Virus record (IMG/VR): IMGVR_UViG_3300020043_002042
Location: 1-25,939 of that record
Source of the DNA: a virus
Lineage: Duplodnaviria > Caudoviricetes
Length of the DNA stretch: 25,939 nucleotides
Strand: one strand, 5' to 3'
In this document: positions 8,345 to 14,324 of the stretch, piece after piece
How positions within the stretch are numbered: the first letter of the stretch is position 1
How the letters are laid out: each line of letters starts with the position of its first letter
The notes under the pieces: generated by a model
What the model saw: only the letters and a program-made list of their open reading frames with translations
Database searches by the model: none
What the model was told of the DNA's origin: nothing
Program-made: the position numbers and the translations under genes

Positions 8345-9154
8345 TTAACTTACCTTTTCTGCCTTCTCAGCGCGTTTCTTCCAATAGTTGACTTGCTTGA
8401 TCATCTCAGCATTCTTACTTTGGAACTCGTTACGAGACTGGGTCATCGTGCGAAGTTGGAACTCCAGCTCTTTGACTTGCTCGCGCAGCTCTTCAATCGT
8501 CTGTGCGACTTCCTCTCGGGCTTTCTCTGATACTGGCAACGACTTAACAGCCAACATATCCTTGAGCTTTGCGTTCTCTTCTGCCATCGCTGTGTGCTCA
8601 ATGGCCATCTCATGCAATCTGTCTTCCTCCGTGTACTCTGGCTCTGGCGGTGGTGCTACTGGCCGGCCATGCTTGGAGATGTCGATCTTGCGTCCGTTCT
8701 TGTCCACGCGAGTGGCCTTCTCCAACCCCAAAGCCTTGCGTACACGGCCAACTGTCATTGACGATACATCGCAGATCAAGGCAATCTCTATGTCTGTCTT
8801 CTCACCCAGCTCGATGTCTTCAAGGGCAAGCTGAACAACATAACGGCGCTCGTCTGGTGTGCGGGGTTTGCCATGCTTGCCATTGGCCTTTAAACAAGCC
8901 AAGAACGCATCGCGCTTTGTGCCTTGGTTGACATTAGCCTCGATCTCTGTGAAGCCAGCTCGCTTGTGTGCATGGAATCTGTGGAAGCCATCGCTTGGCC
9001 AATATGACTTGCCATCAAACCAAAGGTCAACTGGAGGAAACTTGTCTTTGCCTTCAAGCAAGACTTCGGTGTAGTGCTGAACCAATGGCTCATCGATCTC
9101 TTTGCGGGGCTGTGTGCCTCCGTCTAAACGGATACTCTGTAGTTTGACTTTCAT
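8345..9154 (-). CDS. ParB/Srx-like N-domain + HTH + coiled-coil protein
   Basis: TQPR, DGFHR, ANGKHG; HTH IALICDVSSMTVGRVRK. The start at 9154 is ATGA-coupled. Confidence 0.85.
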   Translation of the reverse strand: MKVKLQSIRLDGGTQPRKEIDEPLVQHYTEVLLEGKDKFPPVDLWFDGKSYWPSDGFHRFHAHKRAGFTEIEANVNQGTKRDAFLACLKANGKHGKPRTPDERRYVVQLALEDIELGEKTDIEIALICDVSSMTVGRVRKALGLEKATRVDKNGRKIDISKHGRPVAPPPEPEYTEEDRLHEMAIEHTAMAEENAKLKDMLAVKSLPVSEKAREEVAQTIEELREQVKELEFQLRTMTQSRNEFQSKNAEMIKQVNYWKKRAEKAEKVS

Positions 9155-9342
9155 TTCTTTCCCTTTGTTGGTGCTCTTCTTGATGCTCTTCCTGCCCAGC
9201 AGGCGGCACAATGCCATTTTGTGTGATTAAGTTGGATGCCACCCTCTGGTGGTTTCATTTCATTGCAGCTAGTGCACTCCTTATGTTGATGTACCGGCTG
9301 TTTGCTGCCGATTGTTAATTGTTGTCTTGCAAAACCATTCAC
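9151..9342 (-). CDS. small Zn-finger protein
   Basis: CTSC...CAAC; coupled. Confidence 0.75.
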   Translation of the reverse strand: MNGFARQQLTIGSKQPVHQHKECTSCNEMKPPEGGIQLNHTKWHCAACWAGRASRRAPTKGKK

Positions 9343-9548
9343 TTCTTCATGCTCCTTATGTAAACGCTAAAACTATCCAATGTATCCTGACCAAAGGCGG
9401 TCATCTTCTGAATCTCTGAGGCCACCTCGTCCAATACTTGATTGCGCTGTGAGGGTGACACATAAACATCGTCAATCTGTGCTTCTACCATCTCACGCTT
9501 ACGCCAGCCCATCGCTTTTTCCCACAGGTTTAAATCCAACTTGGACAT
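9339..9548 (-). CDS. hypothetical protein
   Basis: 69-aa ORF in the operon. Confidence 0.75.
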   Translation of the reverse strand: MSKLDLNLWEKAMGWRKREMVEAQIDDVYVSPSQRNQVLDEVASEIQKMTAFGQDTLDSFSVYIRSMKK

Positions 9549-9715
9549 GGAATCCCTTTCAAATCTGGAAATGCTTTATCAACAGTGGCTTGTATCCTCT
9601 CACGAACAATTCGCCTTTTGTCAGATCCACTAAGTGCGGCTGTGACAAACCAAAAGTATTGCTTATTGTGAGCAAGCCTGGACAAAATCCGGCGCTTATT
9701 CATACGGATCTTCAT
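9530..9715 (-). CDS. basic hypothetical protein
   Basis: AAGGAG RBS; 61 aa. Confidence 0.6.
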   Translation of the reverse strand: MKIRMNKRRILSRLAHNKQYFWFVTAALSGSDKRRIVRERIQATVDKAFPDLKGIPCPSWI

Positions 9716-9992
9716 AATTTTTCTCCTTCAACTTGGCCTCGATCTTTCGACCCATCTCCATAGGTGTGTCATCTAACTGGATTGCGTCCATCATTTCCCT
9801 GTCAGTCAGGTCTTCCCACTCGCGGTCATTGAGCTGCTCCACCATGTCGCATAAGCCGGCAAAGCAAGTTGGGCAGAAGGCCACCGGCAGAATGCCTAGA
9901 TAGCCCTGTATGCCTCCCTCGTCATCGGTGAAATCACACTGGCAGACATTACAGACATGGTCTGTTCCTACATGGTCAAATCCATCGATCAT
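9696..9992 (-). CDS. hypothetical protein, Zn-ribbon + WxxLTD module
   Basis: CNVC...CPTC; REWEDLTDRE...IEAKLKEKN. Confidence 0.8.
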   Translation of the reverse strand: MIDGFDHVGTDHVCNVCQCDFTDDEGGIQGYLGILPVAFCPTCFAGLCDMVEQLNDREWEDLTDREMMDAIQLDDTPMEMGRKIEAKLKEKNYEDPYE

Positions 9993-10279
9993 GTGTTCTT
10001 CTCCTTAAGTTTGGCTTCTGTCTCTCGTATGTAAAACCTCCACCCCGCACCAGTATGCGCTTTGGTAATAATTTCTTCTTCCTCTTCAGGAGTCAGACCT
10101 ACCCAAGGGCGAACATACTCTTGAATGTCATCGTCATCAAAATTGCGGGATGGCTTTCTGTAAACCAACTTGTCTGGGTCGGTAGTGTGATCTTGAAAGT
10201 AATACGGCTGCCCCTTTAGTTTGGCTTCGTGGGCTATGCGCTCGAACTCATCGTCTTCCTCTTTTGTCCAGTCAGTCAT
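9989..10279 (-). CDS. hypothetical protein with a WVGLT module
   Basis: AAGGAG RBS before ATG 10279; RPWVGLT...EAKLKEKNT. Confidence 0.8.
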   Translation of the reverse strand: MTDWTKEEDDEFERIAHEAKLKGQPYYFQDHTTDPDKLVYRKPSRNFDDDDIQEYVRPWVGLTPEEEEEIITKAHTGAGWRFYIRETEAKLKEKNT

Positions 10280-10371
10280 TTTTGCTCCTTGCATTTGTGA
10301 AACGGCATAATTCGACCTAGCCATCCAATAAGTTCACCGCATTTTTGGCAACAATACGATGGGTATTTCAT
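10276..10371 (-). CDS. 31-aa Cys-rich peptide (MKYPSYCCQKCGELIGWLGRIMPFHKCKEQK)
   Basis: Own translation; ATGA overlaps at both ends; GGAG RBS. Confidence 0.6.
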   Translation of the reverse strand: MKYPSYCCQKCGELIGWLGRIMPFHKCKEQK

Positions 10372-10712
10372 GCGTTATTCTCCATAAGCCATTGTTGAAT
10401 ACGCTGAAATGCAACCATGTAGTTGCCACCTTCTGCAATTTGGCAAGCCTCTAAATATTGCTCATCCGTCAGCCCTACCCATGTGCGTTGTGGTGGGGTG
10501 GTGTAGAGAGGAATGCAGTCATCCCATGCTTTTGTCTCGTAGTAGATGCGAATTCCATCTTCATCCTTGTACCACGCCACAGGCTCATCCTTCGCTTCTA
10601 ATGCGGCTTTAATGGCGGTGATGGCTTCTTGACTAACTTCGTTTTCATAGCCGTCATCACGCGCAAAACGCAACGCCTTTAATGCAAGTCGTAATGCTTC
10701 GTCTTTAGTCAT
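10368..10712 (-). CDS. hypothetical protein (EPVAW...PLYTTPPQRTWVGLTD family)
   Basis: Motifs common in proteobacterial phage small genes. Confidence 0.85.
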   Translation of the reverse strand: MTKDEALRLALKALRFARDDGYENEVSQEAITAIKAALEAKDEPVAWYKDEDGIRIYYETKAWDDCIPLYTTPPQRTWVGLTDEQYLEACQIAEGGNYMVAFQRIQQWLMENNA

Positions 10713-11185
10713 GCTACTGCCTCCACGATCTGTCTCGTTCTTCTGTGCTTGATGGCTTCGTAAACATACTTGATGGCTGACTCCAGCTCGGAAATACTAC
10801 AGGCATCCAACTGGGCGTCATGAATCTCCATGCCAGCGTTTATAGCTTGCATCTCTAGGCCGGTGAATAAGAACTTCCCCTTCTCAATACCGCGCTTGGC
10901 CATGTTAAAGATGGCATCCTGTGCGGCCTTGATCTCTGGTGCGTATTCCTTGCCCAGCTCTGGATTGATGATGTGCAAAGCCTCTGCCATGTTCATGGCT
11001 GCAATCAGAATGTCCACGCTCTGCCGTTCGCCATCACCCTTGGTGACATCAAACAAAGCCTGGTGATTCTTGATCTTGAGATTAACGGCCTCACCAGTAG
11101 AGCTGATAGGCTTAAACCCGTTAATCACCCATGCAACAGGATCAGAGAAGACCTTGCGGGGTCTGTACTTGCTTCTCTTTTTCAT
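10709..11185 (-). CDS. conserved phage hypothetical protein (MxKRSKYRPR family)
   Basis: 158-aa ORF; coupled. Confidence 0.85.
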   Translation of the reverse strand: MKKRSKYRPRKVFSDPVAWVINGFKPISSTGEAVNLKIKNHQALFDVTKGDGERQSVDILIAAMNMAEALHIINPELGKEYAPEIKAAQDAIFNMAKRGIEKGKFLFTGLEMQAINAGMEIHDAQLDACSISELESAIKYVYEAIKHRRTRQIVEAVA

Positions 11186-11277
11186 AGCGGGGCATCATCA
11201 TGGTTATCGGGGTTGAACTTAGGCACTTTGGTACCCGTGTCTTTGGGGTTTGGGAACGGAGGGAATGGCCATGTCAT
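11182..11277 (-). CDS. 31-aa peptide (MTWPFPPFP...DDAPL)
   Basis: Own translation; ATGA overlaps at both ends. Confidence 0.65.
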   Translation of the reverse strand: MTWPFPPFPNPKDTGTKVPKFNPDNHDDAPL

Positions 11278-11474
11278 TCTCCCCTCGCTTTCAGCATTGC
11301 GTCTGCCATGCGGTATGCGCCTTTTGCAATTTGGTCAAACCATTCTTGATCAGATTGAGAGCCGATTTGATCTCTGAAGTTTTGCATAGCTTTAGCCGCA
11401 AAGTAGTCGCGCAGTGTCATACCGCCTTCTATTTCTCCAATCATTACTGTTGGAAATGCGGGTGCGTTTTTCAT
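11274..11474 (-). CDS. GMTLRDYFAAKAMQ-family small protein, copy 1
   Basis: PAFP...GMTLRDYFAAKAMQ...AYRMADAMLKAR; AGGAGG RBS. Confidence 0.85.
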   Translation of the reverse strand: MKNAPAFPTVMIGEIEGGMTLRDYFAAKAMQNFRDQIGSQSDQEWFDQIAKGAYRMADAMLKARGE

Positions 11475-11653
11475 AGTTCCTCCTGTAGTGATATTGGTAT
11501 GTAGAAGCAAGCCTTGCTCTTGCTGTCCTGCACATTAACAACGCCATTACCGCGCGTCTGCTCTGGGTGATCTAACCAACGCTTGCAGTTCTCGCACTTG
11601 TCGCTCGGGCTGACTGGCTTGCATCTTGTGTATTCATAAGATAGAGGCGTCAT
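11471..11653 (-). CDS. small four-Cys protein
   Basis: RC...CENCKR...C; coupled. Confidence 0.75.
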   Translation of the reverse strand: MTPLSYEYTRCKPVSPSDKCENCKRWLDHPEQTRGNGVVNVQDSKSKACFYIPISLQEEL

Positions 11654-11868
11654 TCATTCCTCTCCTTCATCATGTCATCAGCATACTGGTATGCGGTCGT
11701 TGTCAGCACATTGATAACTCCATCAAACTTTTTGCCCTCTCTAATGATGAGAGCTTGCAAAGCTTGAGCTGCAAAGTAATCCCTGAGATCCATGCCGCCT
11801 TCACCGCCTACAGCTGTGACACGCGCTTCATCGTTAATGCTGAATGTGGGTGTTGGGAAAGCTTTCAT
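11650..11868 (-). CDS. GMTLRDYFAA-family small protein, copy 2
   Basis: AFP...GMDLRDYFAAQALQ...AYQYADDMMKER. Confidence 0.85.
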   Translation of the reverse strand: MKAFPTPTFSINDEARVTAVGGEGGMDLRDYFAAQALQALIIREGKKFDGVINVLTTTAYQYADDMMKERNE

Positions 11869-12131
11869 TCTTCTTTCTCCTTCAGTCTGCGTCTCAAGAT
11901 CCTGTTCTCTTCCAGAGCCCTATCAAGCATCTTTAAGTGCTCTTTATGGCGTGACTCCATAACTTTGACCAGCTTCTCAAAGTCATGCACCCAATAAGTC
12001 ATCTTGTCAGTCAATAGTTTGGCGTGGTACCAAACATATTCATCAGTAATCCCATCAACAGTCACGCTGTCTGTCTGCCAAGGATTTTGAATCTTCTCAA
12101 TATCTTCCGGTGTGTGGGTTCTGTTGGTCAT
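11865..12131 (-). CDS. hypothetical coiled-coil protein
   Basis: Start MTNRTH at 12131 with GGAG; coupled. Confidence 0.75.
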   Translation of the reverse strand: MTNRTHTPEDIEKIQNPWQTDSVTVDGITDEYVWYHAKLLTDKMTYWVHDFEKLVKVMESRHKEHLKMLDRALEENRILRRRLKEKEE

Positions 12132-12292
12132 ATGTGACTCCAAACCAAAACAATTCCGGCAATAACTATCAGAAAAGCAATGACAAACACCGGCCAAAAT
12201 GGTTGTCTTCCGTATGGACCACTGATCGGATCGCAGTCCGTGTTAAACGCTTCGTGCATCGTGCGTGGATAACGCCTTGTTGTATCGTTCAT
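12128..12292 (-). CDS. 54-aa membrane protein (MNDTTRRYPRTMHEAF...TM helix)
   Basis: Own translation; AGGAGG RBS; C-terminal FWPVFVIAFLIVIAGIVLVW. Confidence 0.8.
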   Translation of the reverse strand: MNDTTRRYPRTMHEAFNTDCDPISGPYGRQPFWPVFVIAFLIVIAGIVLVWSHI

Positions 12293-12311
12293 ACCTACCT
12301 CCTGTGTTAAT

Positions 12312-12341
12312 AATATAACTCATGAATCAATCACAAGTCAA
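12312..12341 (-). promoter_or_regulatory. sigma70-type promoter of the replication operon
   Basis: Minus strand TTGACT-N18-TATATT; overlaps TAACTCATGA. Confidence 0.6.
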
Positions 12342-12354
12342 CTGTTATGTTGCC

Positions 12355-12680
12355 AACTAAAAGCCCTCTTACCCGTTGACCCTCCCTCCCCCTAAAGGGT
12401 AGGTGTAGGAGAGCCAACGTCTCTTTATCAAGGAGCTATGCCCAGTTGTTAAGTGAGCTACCGGCCAGCCAAGCCGCCCTCCCCTGGAATCCCGATAAGG
12501 TTAGTTCTCACCATCCTTAACGATCAACTCCCAGCGTACTAGGGTATGTGTCTTACGACAGCCTTGTTTATTCCGTTCGATTGCTCTACTTGGAGGTGCG
12601 GGTCACACCGAGGTTCTGTGTTTCTTGAGTTCAGCCCATACAGGCCATTAGCTAACGCGCTCTGACGGCTGCGTGTGGAA
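12355..12680 (-). ncRNA. structured non-coding region, 3' domain (family unknown)
   Basis: No ORF of 60 aa or more. Minus-strand hairpins with GUAA, UACG and GAGA tetraloops; 10-bp stem CGUUGGCUCU/AGGGUCAACG. Confidence 0.55.
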
Positions 12681-12681
12681 G

Positions 12682-12876
12682 TGTGTTATCTGTTCTGGAT
12701 ACTGTTTTTGCTTTCGCATCGGGCATCTTGCGATGTTCAGAACTTCTTCTGGCGATCAACCCAGCTTTCGTTCATCTTTCGGCGTTCATGAGTTACTTCG
12801 AAGACCCTCATGCGTCATAACCTATCCCATATCCACCCAGTGAGTGAATCGTCCAATATCCAGAACGGATAACACA
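12682..12876 (-). ncRNA. multibranched RNA domain closed by a 20-bp stem
   Basis: 12682-12701 and 12857-12876 are inverted repeats (1 mismatch). Internal GCAA and GAAA tetraloop hairpins, plus a G-U-rich stem, form on the minus strand. Confidence 0.65.
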
Positions 12877-13001
12877 AACAAAAAGGCCGCTTACAACTGC
12901 GTCCGGTCGGAGCCTTGCTTAATGACTCTCCCCACAGAAAGCATTAAGTAAAGCGGAACGCATGTGTAAACGGCCTCAAAGTCATTGCCTCCGACAGCAA
13001 C
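12876..13001 (-). ncRNA. C4/CI-like antisense or attenuator RNA with terminator
   Basis: The leader hairpin loop GUCGGAG is complementary to the bulge CUCCGAC in a long stem-loop that ends in UUUUUGUUU. Confidence 0.6.
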
Positions 13002-13008
13002 GGTTCAA

Positions 13009-13038
13009 ACTGTATCAGGAAATATCAACGAATGTCAA
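13009..13038 (-). promoter_or_regulatory. sigma70 promoter for the ncRNA region
   Basis: Minus strand TTGACA-N18-TACAGT with extended TGn; flanked by ATCAGG/CCTGAT inverted motifs. Confidence 0.65.
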
Positions 13039-13057
13039 TACCTGATGAAAATATTTT

Positions 13058-13131
13058 TGGGGTGAACGGGAGAATCGAACTCTCGCTGACAGATTCACAG
13101 ACTGTCGTGCTGCCACTACACTACGAACACC
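13058..13131 (-). tRNA. tRNA-His(GUG), degenerate
   Basis: Cloverleaf with G-1, anticodon loop CUGUGAA, T-loop UUCGAUU and encoded CCA; several stem defects. Confidence 0.75.
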
Positions 13132-13146
13132 GTAGTGGTCAATGAT

Positions 13147-13224
13147 TGGTCTGGGTGGCAGGATTTGAACCTGCGGCCTCCGCCTTCCAAGGGCGGCCGT
13201 CTACCGGGCTGACAATACACCCAG
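13147..13224 (-). tRNA. tRNA-Pro(UGG)
   Basis: Acceptor CUGGGUG/CACCCAG; anticodon arm CCGCC-CUUGGAA-GGCGG; T arm GCAGG-UUCAAAU-CCUGC; ACCA end. Confidence 0.92.
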
Positions 13225-13310
13225 AGATAATCGGTCGAGGAAGTGAGGTTTTCATGATGGCGCGGAGTGTACCACGTTTAAGTATCTAGTCTGGCTTTTT
13301 AAGTATTCAA

Positions 13311-13547
13311 TTACAGCAGATCAAGCTGGTTCAGTGCCACTTGCAAGCCGGCTAATCCGCCCACCCGCTGGCCGTCAAAGAAGATCTGTGGCATTTGTCT
13401 GGCCTCTGGGTACGCAGACATGAACTCAGCTCTGAGCCCGTCGCTGTCGAGGTTGATCTCTCTGTACTCCATGCCCTTGGACTTAAGTAGTTGCTTTGCT
13501 GCAACACAGTTGGGGCAATTGGGTTTTGTGAATACTTCTATTTTCAT
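13311..13547 (-). CDS. grx: glutaredoxin
   Basis: CPNC active site; MPQIF and VGG motifs. Confidence 0.93.
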   Translation of the reverse strand: MKIEVFTKPNCPNCVAAKQLLKSKGMEYREINLDSDGLRAEFMSAYPEARQMPQIFFDGQRVGGLAGLQVALNQLDLL

Positions 13548-13556
13548 TTTGTAAGC

Positions 13557-13850
13557 TGTTGGCCTGCGCTCATCTCAGTTTAAACAGTCGCACGAGCAAG
13601 CTTGATTTCTTCTGCACCAACACGACTGAGGACTGCACTTAAAGAGGGAACGTGTCCCACGGCTTCTAGATGCCTCAATCCCCATGCGTGTTAGTTGTTG
13701 GTGGCATCCCAACAGCGCCGGATCGCCGAGTCGAACAGCAATCCCACCACTAGCCCATGAACGCCTTGTGCTTGGTTGCACAGCCACCAACACGGCTGAG
13801 GACTGTTGGCCTACTCCGAGAACCCCCAGAGTCAATCCCCATGCGTGTTG
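13557..13850 (-). ncRNA. A-B-A-B array of hairpin RNA modules with conserved stems
   Basis: Direct repeats CACCAACACGRCTGAGGACTG (13615, 13785) and TCAATCCCCATGCGTGTT (13675, 13832) pair with each other; G-U pairs favour the minus strand. Confidence 0.7.
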
Positions 13851-13856
13851 CCTCTG

Positions 13857-13888
13857 AAAAAAGTGGCCCCAGTTACGGAGCCACAAAA
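13857..13888 (-). terminator. intrinsic terminator
   Basis: Minus strand GUGGCUCC-GUAACU-GGGGCCAC-UUUUUU. Confidence 0.7.
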
Positions 13889-13945
13889 CTTAACAAAGGA
13901 AACAAAGCAACCTACAAACACCCAGCCATCTGGTATGTAAACATC

Positions 13946-14233
13946 TTACTCGCAGCGTTTAAGAATTTCAAGAGCTTCTTGTGCTGAGTTGACAATTACC
14001 AACATTCCACCTGTCCACTCGTCGAAAAACTTCTGCTCCGCCTCGGTCAGCTTCCTAGCCGACGGTGGCTTATCCCCGTCTTTGACCTCCATGAGGATCG
14101 TAACGCCCCTATACGCCACTAAAAGATCAGGGATGCCATCACCCTGCGTAACAATGCGAACGAACGCTCCTGCGCCCCGTAATGCGTCCACGATTTTGTT
14201 CTGGTTTGCGTCGATTCTGTTGGCGTATCTCAT
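13946..14233 (-). CDS. small PD-(D/E)XK nuclease (VRR-NUC / Holliday-junction-resolvase-like)
   Basis: GIPDLLV...LMEVK...LTEAEQKFF; AGGAG RBS. Confidence 0.88.
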   Translation of the reverse strand: MRYANRIDANQNKIVDALRGAGAFVRIVTQGDGIPDLLVAYRGVTILMEVKDGDKPPSARKLTEAEQKFFDEWTGGMLVIVNSAQEALEILKRCE

Positions 14234-14242
14234 GCGGTCTCC

Positions 14243-14301
14243 TACCTGATGAAAAATATTTTAACTTACCTGTTGCAAAATTAAAATGTAGCAGGTAGAA
14301 T
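14243..14301. promoter_or_regulatory. divergent control region with three TACCTG motifs; rightward promoter
   Basis: + strand TTGCAA(14273)-N17-TAGAAT(14296); inverted repeat TACCTGTTGCA/TGTAGCAGGTA. Confidence 0.65.
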
Positions 14302-14324
14302 CTATCAAACACTAACAGACAGGA

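Noticed and set aside
12345-13010. Group I/II intron, tmRNA or DGR template repeat
   Set aside because: No interrupted gene, no recognisable catalytic core or tag reading frame, no reverse transcriptase, and no second adenine-variant copy seen.
13557-13850. CRISPR or TIGR array associated with the Cas4-like nuclease
   Set aside because: Only two copies of each repeat, and they base-pair around the variable part; no cas1/cas2 or Nop-domain gene. The nuclease sits in a normal exonuclease-ERF-SSB module.
13575-13987. ORFs 13575..13886 (-) and 13757..13987 (+)
   Set aside because: They cross the RNA repeats and the terminator, have no clear RBS and have atypical composition.
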